DNA of 64,000 bases from Fimbriosthenelais zetlandica (taxonomy: Eukaryota), in the NCBI GenBank assembly GCA_977030845.1, contig OZ365111.1:46190001-46254000 (forward strand), in the 5' to 3' direction. A program made the translations under genes and the position numbers. The notes below the pieces were generated by a model. It was not told the origin of the DNA. It was given only the letters and a program-made list of their open reading frames with translations, and did no database searches. Shown here in pieces: positions 1 to 15,500 of this stretch. Each line of letters begins with the position of its first letter. Within the stretch, counting starts at the first letter, position 1.

Positions 1-512
1 CAGCCAGGTGTGATTAATGGTCAAATTGGCCTCACCTGCCATATTCTGGTTCACTTGAGTAGGCAGGCTCTAAACCTTCACCCGATCCTCATTCTATATC
101 ATTCACTTTTGGAGGTCACTAATATAAAGAGCATGACACAAATGAATTTAGCTTGATTGAAGGCCAAACAGACATACCCCGTGGATAAAAAGTAGACTTT
201 CAGGCATTGATTCCCAGCAAGGTTTGGTTCTGGGTGAAGTGTGGTAAGGGGGGAATTTGATGGGGTTAAATAGGGACCTTTGTTAATGATAAAATCTGGG
301 ACTGTCTATGACAAAAAGATGCATTTATTAGTAAGGCCCCAACGGTGCAGATTAGGACCTCCTGGGAGCGATGTGAAAGGGCCTTGGTAAGGCATTTAAA
401 GACCTTCTTCCAAGTCAGCTGGGTATGGGCTTAAATAGGCAGGTGGATCATGGGCAAATGAATGGAAATGATGGGGCTAACTTATAACGGGACTTTCGAT
501 CTTTATTAGGAG

Positions 513-536
513 CCCCCCCCCCCCCCCCACACACAC
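513..536. repeat. Poly-C (16) followed by (AC)n
   Basis: Seen directly. Confidence 0.95.
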
Positions 537-3500
537 ATATATTCCCTTTTCATTTATATTTTTTGGCATTTTTTCCCGTTGGACTTGATTTCCATACCTT
601 TGGTTTTCATGGCACGTTTTTCTATTCAAAATGTAATTCCCAATGTTTAAGTTTACTTATTTCATGTACATACTAACGCCAATAATCGTGTCATATAATT
701 ATAAATCATATACTTTGCCTTAAATGACACCAAGATGTCCACCTGCCATGATGATACAGATCTTATCTGAGACATTGATCCATCATGTATCAGATTACAT
801 CTTCATCATATTGATCTCTATCATCCTTTAAGTACCATTCATATCACATGCTCAAGTATTCCTTCCTTTCAAACTTTCAGTTCAAAATACCCACTTGTTT
901 CCCTGTAAATCTTATTCATTGCCCTTTGACAATATACCATCCAACCTACACAACTACGAATAGATGGACTACTTGTTGTTGATATGTAAATGATATATTG
1001 AACTTATTGAGTGTTAACAAGCAAGCACTTGCTGTCATTGCATATTTCCATATTATTACACTGACAGATATGTCTATTTTTATTGTCTGCAACATAGCAT
1101 ACAGCTTGACATTTGATGAAAGGTAGTATTTATGGTAGCCCTTCCATCTTGTTTATAATTGATGCATGTCAGAATTACGCTTGTCATCAAGACGTCTCAG
1201 ATTTCTGGATTTATGCAATCATCACAAACTGCGCATCTCCCATCAGACATGGGCCGATCAATATCGGACTTTCCCTCTGAAGCAGCCCCCTCAATTGCAC
1301 CTAAAAGTGACGATCTCAAAAGCACCTTCCAACCCATTACTTTATATGCACAACTATGCCATCCAGCACATAGTAATATGACACTGGAAACACCAAACCA
1401 CACAATCAATGTGTAGGATTGGGTTCTTCAAACAATGAACGATATTCACAGAGACACGGTTTGAATGGCGGTGTCTCAGCATCAAGAAGAAGCGGGGGAA
1501 AAGTAACAAAACTAGATAAACAAGGCTGGTGCCAAGTCTGTAATGCATTTATCCATACCCTGTCTTCAGTTGTCACGACCCTTAAGAAAAGGCCTCGCGA
1601 GTTTTGCATTTCAGCAAATAGAACCTGAAATGATTATTCAAGCCATGAATGTATATACATTTTCTACCGAGTAGTATATCCATAGTATTAAGTGTCATGT
1701 TTTCTATGGAGCCAAGGGGGCCCTTCAGAACCGTGTCCCTAACTTCATCTGGGGATTCATTCCAATCTTCATTTGCTTCTGTTACATTCAAGTATACCTG
1801 AACCCCAAAAAGGGCGTACCAATACATGAATAAATTGGAAATTCGAAACCTTTTCTTACTCCTCGTAGGAGAAGAGAGCTACTAATGAAACCTGTCATTG
1901 TTGGTTTGACCTTAGTTCATTTTACTCTAAGGTTTGACAGACTCTATAGATGCACATATACGAGACTGGGAATATTTAACAGTCGATCTGAAATTCTGAT
2001 GTGCCACCAGCAAACCCATTAGACCTGTGGATGAGAGGGTAGACTAACTATAGATCAAAGAACCAAGTAGGTGTCACTGACAAATTACTCATATAGCAAC
2101 AGTGGCATAAAAAGGTGAGTAAGGCTGATAGGTATTAATGGATTCGCCACCTTTTGAATGGAGCTAAAGCCCTGTAATTATGTAACCTCCTCATTTGTTC
2201 AGATACTTATTAAATACTGGGAGTGTAAACATTTACTAGACCCCAGTATTTAGTCAGGTCAATTTGATTCCATTTAGGAACTCTCATTTGTTTTGCAGAG
2301 ATTTAAAGATGAGGTAGAAATCTAAAACAGAAGTGTAACCCTCTTTGATGTGAATTGCACCATTGTCATTCTATCAATAGCATGAATTGATAAAAACTTT
2401 TAAAAGTCAATGCCCATAGCTTCGTTACCAAGTCTGGAAGTCTCGGCAGGCACTGAAAGGGCAAAGCTATAATAGTTGAGAGGATTTACTTTGTATGCCT
2501 GCTGACTAGACATACCTCCTTTTCCACACGGAGGAGGTCAATTGCTATCCAAAATTCCTCATGAAAAACTTTTAGAAAGGCTAGTGGCAGGGTGGTATAG
2601 TAGACTTACATTGATGAAATCTACCTTGTACGGTATGCGGGAAAAAGGTGAAAGGGCGAATGAGATTCAGTGAGGCAGTTAACTTGGGCACATAGGCTAT
2701 CTGTAAAGGCATACTTAACAGCTATTCAAAGGTGTATCTTTCCCCAGGCTGATATATTATTAAAGCACTCTGGTGCAGAGGTTTTTTTATTTTGCCTGCT
2801 TTATAAAAGATTCATAGCTGACACTGGTGGAAGAAAAGGCTGAGGGTGATGGATGAGCTAGACAGGAAGTTCCCCTATAGTTGTCTTCCTCCCGGGAGGC
2901 GGCGCTAAGGTCAGGGACAGGGCCTCATGAGGCGGTCATGCACGATCCAACAATGCACTGATTGGAGGGTTTTTGAACTGGGAAAGTTCTCCAGATCCCT
3001 TTTGTCCTTCACATGTCCATCCTTCGTGATTTATTTCAATCACAACTGACTGAAATACTGTTAAAAGATGCTGCTATAAAATGTATCCAACCTAGAATGT
3101 TATTATGTTTCAAACAAGCAATAACTAGTCTAGGATTGAAATATGACAGTCTGTAAAATGACAAGATTACCATGCACTTGTATCATGTGTAATATTAGAA
3201 GTTTACACAATTTACACAATAATTTATGTATACATCGCCTTTCAATGTAATATGTGATTGTATACTGCCTATTGAAACAATGCCGTCAAATATGATGTTA
3301 GAGAAGCTTTTAAAAGGAACAAAACAACTATAGTTATATACTTTAGGAAGACAAGAATCCCTAACAACACTTTGATGTCCCTATATATCTGCCCTCATAT
3401 TTAAAGTGCGCCGAAAAGGTCAGTGGAGCAAGCAGGAGATGGCATTGAGAAGATAACCTGTCAGAAACAGGAGCTGGGTGGGATACAGGTATCCACCCGC

Positions 3501-6500
3501 ACCGACAATCAATTTAACCAAAAACTAACTGTTCCCTCGGTTAATTTCCAAATAGATGCTTCTCTAGTCCTCTTAAGTACCCCCTTTGCCCGGCTAATTA
3601 TTTCAAAATGGTAGTCGATAAATCCAGTGGTCATTCTTAGAATGTCAAGTTAATTGCCTGGGACGGAAAGAAGACACCCTGCCGGTTGAGGCTGCTGTCT
3701 CTCAGTGGTCAATTCTCACACCCAGCAGGTCCACAAGAGCTGGGTAATCATTGTATTTCATTTCTACTCTTTCTTATAAAGTGTTTTACTCCCAAGATCC
3801 CTCCCCGATCGGGTTAGGGAACGTTCCCCCAAAAGGTATAGAGATAGCAAAGAAACTATGTGCTATGTGCTCTATCATTAAGATTATATCAGACCGATTA
3901 TAGTCGATCACATTTCATCAAGGATTCAATATAGATTTGGTCTATATAGCTGTAGTTTAATTCACTTTAGCAGAGCTGTGGCATTTATCAGGGTCTAATT
4001 CTATCTCCAATCTGCCTGTCTTCCAATATCTCTTCTAGATGTGGTGTCCCATTATGCTTTTAAAACAGTTTTTACCCGGCTCCATTCTTTGGAGAAGATA
4101 TAATATTCATATACTGTTGTGAAAGTGATAGTGGATTAATTTAAGAAACACATTATAGTAAGAAGGTGACAGGGGAACAATGCCTAATCTCGTGACAATT
4201 TCTCACATCCTGAGAATCAGCCAAATCATATAGAAGCAACCAAAATCATTAGCGTTATTTGATGGGGGTGGAGTCACACCCTGTGTAGAGTTCTCAATAT
4301 GTGTCGCTCAAAATAGGAGGTACCTTTACTGGAACATGACGTAATCGTCACACTTCTTTATATGCTGGAGTGGCAGGTCACAAGTGGGAGCTGCACCTCT
4401 CTGCTAATGGACAGACTCTTTGCATTGTCCCCCGACACAACCAACTCCAAATCTATAGAATATGTCTTGAAAATATTGATGGAATAGGAGACGCCCTATT
4501 GGGTGATTATGCACTTTTAATGAACACCTATAGGTAGGATGGGCAAGCACTAGATGAGGTATTCAACTTCTCAGATGGATTTTAATCAAAAAGGACATTA
4601 AGATGTCCAGCAATGGGAAGGTGTTTGGATCTGACAGCTATAGCTGGATGGTATAGGAATCTCTGTCTTGATGCATAAATTCAGCGTCACAAGTGTCATT
4701 GGAGGAGCAACCCTTGGGACATTCACACCTCCTTCGCATTAGCGCCCATGTTTACAAATTCGAGATTGGATTTTTAGGAGAAAATAGAGTAGTGGAGGTT
4801 TTGAATTGTGTGATTGACATTGTAGTAGAATAGGCTTTGTCTGACACTATGTAAGAGCCTCGCCTCGGAGGCCATTTTGATTGAGGTTTAATCATACAAT
4901 GAACATTGCCTTCAGGACCACCTTGAACAGTTTGATGAGATTTAAAACGACTTTTTCCGGTTATTGGCAATTTACAGGATCATCCTAAAAGTTGAAGTCA
5001 TTATGTTATGACTACTTCTATTAATAATTATGCTTCCATTTCGGTTGTATGAAGATCAATTAAGATATGGAGATGCTAAGGATCTTGCCTAACTATTATG
5101 GAAAATCGGTCATGTGCATGTAGTTGTAAAAGGGAAATATTTGGAATCCAGAATCTACATGATTTCAATATGGCAAAGACTAAAATGTAACTTAACCCAC
5201 TGCTGCTAAATGCTCCCCAAACCAGTGCCAATGTATATTTACACCGCCCCACCAATGGAGGGTTAAAAGCATCCCCAATCATCATGTCATCATTCCACAG
5301 TTGTTTGGCCATGTAATCATGTTAACATGGGATTTGAATATAACTCTCTTATTATCAGCGACTCCCGTTTTAGGCCAATTTAGACGACCCAGTCAAAGTG
5401 GATATGAATGCATTCCCGGCTATTGTCAACTCAGAGAAGTAGGTGTGAAAGTGCTGTCACAAGTGTCAGTCAGACAATAATGCGCACATTAACATAGGGG
5501 ATGTCAATGTGACAGTGTCTGGGTCTCACTCTACACTTCACTTTTTCCCTCTCCATATCCCATATCTTTTCAATCGCTATGTCACGTCCGCTGACAAGTA
5601 ATTTTAGCGGAAGGCATCCAAAAGAAAGTGACAAATATATACATTTTACCAGTGGCATACATAAAGTTCTATAGCACATGCCAATTTACTCCTATGTATT
5701 GGCTGAATAATATCGATGCTATGCGAACACTTAGCCCTCCCACCAAAGGTTCTCAGCAGCTTTATAGATTGAGGCAATTATAAGAGATTTCTCATGGGGC
5801 CTTCCTCAATACTCCATGCATGTATTTTCAATGTGTTTGCCCTTCTTTTGTTCAGCATATTTGCCCAATAAATGTGTTAGATATGGTGGGGCCCTGTTAG
5901 CCCACATCCAGGGTCTTTTTTCTAAAGGGAATACGATTTCATCCGGTACTATCAATGGTTATGTACACACTAACTAACTGAAAATCAACATTTGTAAGCC
6001 TATCAAACCACTTCGTATAACATTGCACTATTTTACCATGTTTGCTGTTTCTTTATATTACTAGCACCCAATGGTGCAGTATTATATTCCATCATTTCCA
6101 ATATAACATTGTAATAGGATCATAGCCAGGACCTTTGCCACTTAATGGCTTGAAATCCCATTAGAAACCTCATTTTTATACAAGTGTTTTCATATCAAAT
6201 TGCCTCCAACAAAATCATGTGTTATAAAAAGCCACTTAAAGGTGTTTATGTATGGCCTGTGCGTGATAGATGGGTACCGAGGGCCGTTGAGGAAGGAGAT
6301 CATCCTCAGAAATTATGCATAACAAAGATCCTATGTTTGCTCATAGATGTATTTAGCATAGGATTTGCATCACTTATAGGCCAAGGTATTAGGAATACCA
6401 ATAAGACCCTTATAACAATACCTCAATGTTGTCCTAGTCTCTAAAGCTCATTTGGCTCATTTACATAAACGTTGCATTGCTTAATATGTCTTTTCTGAAA

Positions 6501-9500
6501 AAGAGTTCTTCATAAAACTCTACTTAATTTGTATAGTAATGATGCAACCATTTTTTGGGTCGTAACTTGATTGGTTCTGTTCGGCCTGTCAACGCCATTA
6601 TTGCATCCACAGTAAAATATCCAAGTTGTTTTCCCATAAGGGTGTGTCAGGTGGTTAAAATGCTGCAGGCAAGAATAACATTTTTCAATATGGCCGTTCA
6701 GTTTTACGATGAGTATTACAGATGGGGAGATCCGCTGAGACATTGTATTACTCAACAGTCCATTATTTCACATCTCATCACGTCCCATTCTCAGCCAGGG
6801 TAAATAGGTGGACCATGGGAAAACTCTCATTGCCTTTGCCTTTCATAGTATGACTTACCACGCGTCGGGGGACGGTATAACTGACTTTCACTTGAGACAA
6901 TGAATCCAATGGCTGCCACGGTAACATTGCATAATGCTTGAAGAAAGGGGATGGGTAGATTTAATCCCTGTTTTTGTCCCCGGGGGCATTCGGTGGTTCA
7001 CCAGCTAAGTCAGCACCCCATAAATAGTTTTCCGAGTGTTGAGACCATCAGAAAGTCATTATATATTCCATACTTTGACTCTTTGAGGCTGACCGGTCAT
7101 TGGACATGATTTCGCCAGAGTCATACCAACAAAAAATAAAGCTTTTATGCCTTCATATTACAAGGTTGACGATGCAATGCTTATGCCAAACTAAGTTGTT
7201 TGATTTTGAAATGGCGGATGCAGAAAGTGTCCACCCTGCTCACCTGTTGACACATGTTATCATTCTATCTAATCTGACATTATCCACGAAGGACAACAAG
7301 AGTTTTATTTGCCCTTCTGATATGCATCTTTCACGCTTCTATGCCTTTAAGACATTTATACCTAAGTAAAACTGAAATGGCCTCAAGATATGCCAGGTGG
7401 GCTTTTCTCCTAAGGGTGGTCTTAAAACTGCCACCTACCTATTGTATGATACATAACATTTTAAAACCAAAGTCTCAGTTATCAGAATAATCTTGAGACA
7501 AGATCAACGATTGGATTAGCACTGATTCGGTGCAATGATTGGATTCTGTTGCTTGGTGGTGTTAACAAATCTGATATTTGTCATTTTTTCCCTTCTCCTT
7601 GGCCGCCTTTCTAACCGTTCTCCTTTTACATCTTCAGCTACTTTCTTCTTTCTTCTGCGTCTGTTTTGCTATTGATAATTAATGTATTCTCTTACATACT
7701 CTGGTCTGGTAACTTTAATATTAATGTAACTAATGTATTTAGGACAAAGACCAATAATAGAAATTTTTGTACCTCCTAATTAAATCCGAAGTAGGTCAAG
7801 ACATGATTAGGTTCTGACATCTTGAAGTACTTGAAGTACTGTACATGACAGGCTCTTGAACCTTGTTGGCCGAGAAATTCCACCCCCAAAATTTCAAGTG
7901 GAGATTATGTCGCGTTTTGGGCCTTCTGGGCCACGGTACCTGCTGAGAGTGCATAACCCTACACTCGCATGGTCACCTCAAATGCATGGTTTCATGTCTA
8001 TCCACACCTATTTTGGTTACTCCTACTTCAACCTCAGGTGAAGGGGAAATGTTGCACCGGTTGGGGTATTATTTAAGGGAAATAACCGTAAATTCTCTGT
8101 GTCTATTTAGATAACGGAGGGAAGTACACACGGAATGTGTTGAGAGGTGGGGTGGGAGGGGGTGGGGGATCAAACACGCTACAAGTGCAAATCATGTAGA
8201 GCATGAACATGTGATGTTTCAATGATAGGTTTGTCTAGATGAAATATTTCCATCTCCAAAAATAATACATACTTTCCATGGATGATGAATTATTCTTGTC
8301 TCTGGGTATTTCGAGCTTCACTGTGACAAAGTATCTCATATGAAAACTTATTATCTGCCGGTATTTTTCTTCCTATTGTGTCTGAAAATTCACCCTTTGA
8401 GATCAATGCATATCAAAGCGAAAAAGGATATGTTCTCTATTGTGTTTTTGGCTTTCACTGGTCCACCTGATACTCGGGTGCTCGTGGAGCGTCCCTCTGT
8501 AAAAAGGTCCCATTACACCCCCTTAATCATGTCATACCCCGCAAATCACAGACGCCGGGTCAGCCCCGCTAAATCATGAAGCTCCTGCTACCATATTAAA
8601 GGTCTGTTTTGACCCTGGTTTCCATTGGAGACATTAACAAGCATATCAAAGAGTTGGTGGGCAATGGTGGGCTCCCCTCCTGTCACCCGGTAGGAGACTA
8701 TAGGTAGTCACAGGTGGGTGGTCACCTGCTCAATGGTGAGTTGGTCTGGCCACCTGTGCAGGTGAAAAGACTACCTGAGATGGTGGTAGATAGCCACTGA
8801 AATGGGTGAAGGTTTAACACCAGACAGAAAGCCTAATCTAGTTGGTGGTGGGCCCGTTAACTGCCTAAACATGGGTTGGATCGAGTGATATCTCACCTAT
8901 GGAACAAGTTTAAGCTTGGTTCTAACAGAGAGAATTCACCACCCATGCTGAGGGAGTCTCTGGTTCAAATTATGGTATAAAGCTAAGTGTTTTGTATTGG
9001 ATCCAATCAGAAAAACGCCCCGTTTGAATAAAACATGTTTGTGCATGGCAACACTGAAAAGTGAAGTGGGCGTTGGTACAATTTTCACTGAACTGAAATT
9101 CACGAAAATATTTTTTATTAATGTGTAGCATCTTTATAATTTAGGAGAGGGGAAAAATGACTGCCAAGAATTTCACAGAGAGCCAAACCCCGGGGGGAAT
9201 TCCACTCTTTAGTGCTGTGTTTAATATCTATTACTTTTCAAAGTCTCTTCCCCTCCCGAATAAGATCAAATTTCATAAGTTTTACCAGTATGAAACGCTG
9301 CTCTGTATCCAAATTGAAATCGAGAGTTTACCTTTCTCTGCTCTGTCTGTGTGGCCTCAGGGGGGACAATGTAAATTTATGAGTTTTCCTATCTCGTAAC
9401 ATAATAGATGAGCACTATCTTTCAATCGATGTTAGCACACGTTTGAATGTGCAGGACAGTAAAATCGCAAGTTGTCTGCGAGCCCAGAGATTTCAATCAT

Positions 9501-12500
9501 TTCCAAGCTTGACTTTCCCTTTGTCAGGCTTTATTAGACAGCTGTCAGTTGAACCTATTCATCTGTAGACGAGTTTGAGACAGAAATCAAATTTATGGAG
9601 GGTTTGCTGAAATTTCATTCCCCAAAGCTGACGGCGCAGATGGTCGATGTAGATCTGATGGCATTGAAAACTCGTTTATATTATCGAAGGGAATGTGTGT
9701 TGGGTTGGATAAGGTTTCATTAACTTCACTGATAATGTAAGGTACAAGACAAGTTCAAGTTTAAGGATGGGATGATGGTGCCTTTACAGTATTCCTGTCA
9801 AAGCTTGATGGCAATGGAAAACGAGAACGTCCTCCAATTTTTACATAAGGGGCACTGAAAGAAGGACTGAAGGGCAAAGTAATAGGCTCCGTTTATGAAG
9901 AAGGACAACAATGTTTTTGTTTGCCATTGCGCAAAAATGGTCTCTGTCCCAGTTTGTTTAGCAACTGAGTGCAGGCCTTGTGTCAAGGAAAACAGTGTAT
10001 GTAGACTTAGCCTGGAGGATTAAGGAAGAGCAGAAGGAATTAGTGTTTAAGGATGTTTGGCGCATGTCTCCCAGCCCGGGGCAGGTCCTGGGGCTGGGAT
10101 AAATCAGCATAATTGGGAAGGGATTGCTGCGCTAAGCCCCTACTAAATTTCACATGTTTGGCAATAGATTTACCTTGCATCATAGACTCTTTGTGTCTGT
10201 ATTTGAAAATTAACCGATGAGTGGTTTCAGTTTCCTTAGAAACGCGACCTTGCAATTTTGCTTGCTGAAGAGACTAAACTTACTAACTTAGAACCGTTTG
10301 TGTTTGTTAAAAACTCAACTTCCTCTAGGCTATCAATTCTAACTGAAGAAAAAACAACATGGTTTCAGAAATAGAACTTTTGAGTAACCATTCTCTTGTA
10401 AGAGAGACTATTTGTTAGGGCCTTGTATAAGGTACACCTGGCTTACTGGTATAGACAGGGCCCTCCGGGGTGTTGTGATACCATTTTATGAAGAGTTGTA
10501 CTTCATACACTCTATCTATTATAGAGCTAAAGGCCTCTAGGGGTGAGGGACTCGAGTATGTAAAAGATTTATTGTACACGGTGAAAATCACAGCAAGACT
10601 TTGTCAGCTTCACGGTTCACAACCATTCCTCAACATATCCCTCACTGCATTCCCCACCTTCCTCCTCCTGGCTATTTTTCCTATCTTATTACACCACCTT
10701 CTACTTCAAATTGATCGCATTTAGCATTACCAAACCTGTTGAAAAGGGCATTCATGAAGGTTTCGTCCCCCCTGTTGCCTGAAGTTTAAAAATTCTTGAA
10801 AAGAAAATGGCTCGGTGATGGTGCTTTTAAGTCAGAGATCTTTCCTATTACCTCTCACGCTATCTATTTAAAGATTCAAGAAGAAAACTGCAAACGGCCA
10901 TTGGTAAGCCCTATCATCGCTGACCGTCTGCTAAATTTCATAAGGCCCTACCTATCGCTCTTTGAACCCTTTGTCAGCGAATTTCATGGACAGTCCTTCG
11001 CCTTGCAATTTTCTCCGTAGGTGGCGCCCCTGAGACTTGTATGGCTGGGGGTGTTTAGGGAGGGGAACCTAGGGTCCTGCCAGAAGGCTCTCTAGCGGTC
11101 AGCCTTGATCACCCCAAGGGACCACCCAATTCCCATTGTTTTCCATTGTCCACCCCTGCTGTAGGGGGAGGTGGGTAACAAGTGAATGGGGGATATTTAG
11201 AAAGGGAACCTCTACCATGATGAGAGGCCCCCGGCTCTGGGAAAAACATCATTGGGTTTCTGTTTTGTAACGCTAAAGACTTTAGCCTCGGGTTATGGTC
11301 AGTGGAAAGTCTATTGAAAGTGTTTCAAAACCTACTAAGCTTAGAGGTTATTCTGAATTAAGTCAGTGGATGGGGCGCTTCCTGAAGATGGTAAAGGCCA
11401 AGATTTGCAAGGGATTTGGTAGGGCTTAAGGATTTACCATTGACTCTATCATTGATCTATGACCCCAAGGAAGTTCCTTCAGCAAGAAAACGTTATGTCA
11501 ATATGTGAATGAAACAAAGGCGGGGGGATAAAATAGGGTTGATGGCTAGAAAAATAGCATCATACAAGAAAAGCCCAACAGAGATTACAAGACAGGCTTA
11601 ATTCTATTGAGCAGCTATACAAGCAAGAATCTCAATATACAAGTACCTTTTCTTGTCTGTTGCTAATGCAGATCCACATTTTTATAAATCTTAGTATTTT
11701 ATAGTGAATCGTATACATATACTTTACAGAGGTGCCGAAAATAAAATAGGAGCGACGTAAACTATCTAACTATCTAACTTTAAATAAATGTTTTCATACA
11801 AGCTACACCTATGACATCTTGACGCTCACATTTTAGATTGCATGACATTTGAGCTGGACATGGACACTTTACACTAGAACCCCTCGTTGACGTTACACCT
11901 CCCCCGCGGCCTATCCTATGATAATATCCAGTTATGTACTGAGACGTCAAAGGGAGCAATCTGGCGGAAAGAAAAGTTTCCATTAGCCAGCTAAGAATTG
12001 CGTGTTTCACAAACTTTAGCTTGTGAAGATGCGTCCTCACGAGAGAGGATAGGTCGATTGTTTAGAAATACATGATAATAGAGCGTTAGTATACAATATG
12101 GGTTGTACCTTATGACATGCAATATTGCTGAATAGTAGTCCCCCAGCATGACCCTTCACACACCTCGCCCATTTTGATTAAAGGTGTGAAAACGACTTGC
12201 ATCTTGCATCTTCTTTTCTTCAGTTCACTACTATAATATTATTGCAAACAGCCAAAATTTAATAAAGAAGTGTAGGTTTTCCCCCTGCTACAATGTACAT
12301 TTGAGAAATTTAAATGGCAAGAAATAATGTTTTTCTCTATTTTTACATATATTTGGCTTTGATTATTTAGTTAAAAATAATAGCAAGCCTTCTAGGTCCT
12401 TTAATTTAATTAATCCCGAGTAACAGAAAAAGACATACTGATAATATATCAAATTGATATGTAACTCAACGGAAATTATATAGAGAATTAATCTCTTGGG

Positions 12501-15500
12501 GCTGGTCAAAGTGATGAAAATCTGATATATCTATGAAGAGGAATTCACTAATCCAGCCCAAAACTGGCGCCACTTAGTGAAGCCACTTCAAGGGCCAAAC
12601 ACCAACCGACCTCTGAATCCAAAGTATTTTTTCGCGCCTGGCTCTCAGGCTGTAAATCCCTTGAGTTTAGCGGGTCCTTTGGTTCCAGAAAGACCAAAGG
12701 CTCCCCTTGTTCCTCTTCGGCGCCTCCGTATCACTGGCTTAGCAGCTACTCACAAAACCTGTATATCACAATACAGTGGGATTAGATGTATTTTATTGTG
12801 CTGATTAACCAAGCCAACGCCTCGCACCCAGTACCTATGACCATCTAAAGACACCGCCCTTTTAATATATGCATCCATCGGTATCAATCAAAATCAGTTA
12901 GAGTCAAAGATGCGGACACTCGTGAAGATTTCCTTTTTGTATTTTGTAAAACAGCCATAAGTATCATGGGGATTCAGTAAAGGGGGACGGGTCAGCATGC
13001 TTCACACCTGTTGCTGTAGGAACTACACCTTTAAGGGGTTGAGCATTATTCAGTAGTCCACAATTAAATGATGTAATTTGGAGACATGGACTATTGGAGG
13101 CAGGTGGACAGGATGGATTTCATTCATGTGGGATCCTTGTATAGATTACACTGGATATAAACATTTTAAATTGAAGACAATGAATAAACGGATGATGTTT
13201 GACTTTGATATCCACAGTAGGAATGTGGGGGCAGGTGGAGGGGACAGGGAAGGTATCTGTGATGCCGTAATTTGTCTTTTAATTGATTTCTTTTCTTATA
13301 AACAATCTCAGTGAGAAATCTTAGCTATCTCTATCAAATTTCTCCTCCTGTCTTGGTGGTCCTCATTTTTTCTTCTATCATTGCCTCATGCATACTCCAA
13401 TATTTAACTGTGAAGCCAAACAGACGAAACAGTTTGTTACACCTCTTGTAGTAACCCTATGCATGTGTCGACTCGCTGGAATGTTTTCCCTTTTCCCAAT
13501 TCCCCAGCTAGACATATTTCATGCAAGGATGCGTATAAATATTTTCACCATCCTGAATTAACCTAAAAGATGCCAGAAAAATCAAGGGGAATTCAAGCTG
13601 AAAATTCTAATTTATAAATTGCCATACACGGAGCAAACCCAACATTCCATCACCCCAATTATCAAAATCAATCTACTCATCAAGATTTCTCTTGCACCTG
13701 GCCTCGAGCCATGACCAATGAAGTGTTTGATTAGCGTTACCTCATGCCTAACGGCAGCTATATTTCATCCCTGAATTAACAATGAATAATAGAGGTTAAC
13801 GAAACCCGAGTATTATTTCAACACTGGGCATATCACATCATACTAGCCTGTCCCTAGTGATTTCACATCTATCATTATATATTGCTAATCGTTGGGTCAC
13901 ACCTGTGCGTCTCCTGCAGCATACATATACGAAGCAGCTGATAGGTAAAGCTTATCTTGAGCACCTATTATCATCATTTGTTCCTATTGACTATAGACTT
14001 CCTCTCCCTTTGTGTTAAGACCGCCAAAAGATGTTCTCTTTCAGAGGCTCCTCGCGGTTCCGCCTCTTCTAACTGCTGTATTGTTGTTTTTCCATTGATA
14101 CCAATTCCATTCCTTGATATGTTGATATGAATTTCTGCTATAGAACATATGGTGGGCTTCCCTACTTTCCGATTTGATTTTGATGGCTGATGATTGCTGA
14201 TGGCAGTTAGCATTACATAGATCTGTTGTATATTTAGGCCTTTTTTATAGAACCATTCCATAAAGACCTACTTAAAAGACCTACTTTCCATTAAAAATAT
14301 GTTAAAACTATATATAGGTACACTTGCGTTATTGGTGTGCACATTCCAGTAAGTTTTAAGTATTACCTTATAGGTCAGATTTATTTATTAATCTAAAAAG
14401 AATCGCAGAGGATAATACATTGCACAAATTTAGATGTCACAAGTGAAAGAATCTTGACTTTTGAGAACTTATTTATAAGTGGGGGATGAAGGGTGTGGTA
14501 GACATGCCATATTTCTCAAGTCACACTTATACCTTATATGCTTTATATATTCATTCAGTGTAATATCAGTTTGTCACACTTTCACGCTCTACTTAATGGT
14601 AAAATTGACATGGCATTGTCTCACGAGGGTGGAGCACCCTCTCTCTGTCTCCCCCTCCCTCTCTCTGCATGCTTTACTTGTTGCTGCATCGTGGTCCAAC
14701 AGTTGATGTATAACTTCTTTAAGTCTCTACATGTTCGGGTTTTTAGCTGTTTCCTTTGACTAAATTTGACAGTTTGACAACAGATGTGAAAAATAAGTGG
14801 CATTTCCCTTAATATGTGACCCAAATATAGTAATTCCCATCTATCCGAATGATTCCTCACATACCTCTAAATATAGGATACACCGTAGGGGTTGTATAGT
14901 TTGAACCATCCACAAATATATGGTTTGAAACAAGATGATGTTGCCACATCACTCAGGGGCCTTTTTGTGGGTTTGGCCCTAGGCCAGATGTTGAGGCGCG
15001 TGTGTGAATGTGATTGATCCATGATTTGAGTTATTAAGAAATAATTATCTTATTACATTCAGAACAAACCACTCGCCTAGGGTGAGGCTGCCAAGGGAAG
15101 GGAATTAAAGGTGAGTGGCAGAACAGAACAGGGGCTGTTAAAATACAATTTCCTCAATAACCTCAAGGTCTTTTGGCTCGATTGACCTTGTCTGAGATGG
15201 GCAGACCATGGTTTTAAATCTGCCTTTTTCTCAATTTGCAATAATTCTGTCACGATTGGAGGGAGATAGATTAGTGTAGGAACAGCAATTATCATTTGAC
15301 ATCTGGCACTTGGGAGAAAGATAAAGATGCAGGAGAAAATTAGCCATCATCTTTAACTAAATTCAATGATTGCAGTTCGGTTTACTCTTTATCGCTAAGT
15401 ATATATATGGCCCTTTTTATTGCTAAATTGAAATGGTAGAGTCGACACTGAATTTTACTCAAGTTTATCCGTGGAATTTAAGGAGTTAATGTACTTCCGG

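Noticed and set aside
1159-1830. Cluster of overlapping 64-85 aa ORFs on both strands
   Set aside because: No recognisable domain, no consistent splice sites, and stops in every extended frame; compatible with chance or unidentifiable decayed sequence.
4200-5320. Stop-interrupted minus-strand frame with a Cys-rich patch (RRRCECPKGCSSNDTC)
   Set aside because: No transposase, RT or other motif could be matched by eye; too weak to call a mobile element.
12178-13034. TTAAAGGTGT ... ACACCTTTAA inverted ends (Kolobok/piggyBac-like TTAA boundaries)
   Set aside because: The match stops after 10 bp and TTAAAGG is frequent in this window; likely coincidental.
13974-14261. A-rich 95-aa minus-strand ORF
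   Set aside because: No homology recognised and no flanking exon structure.
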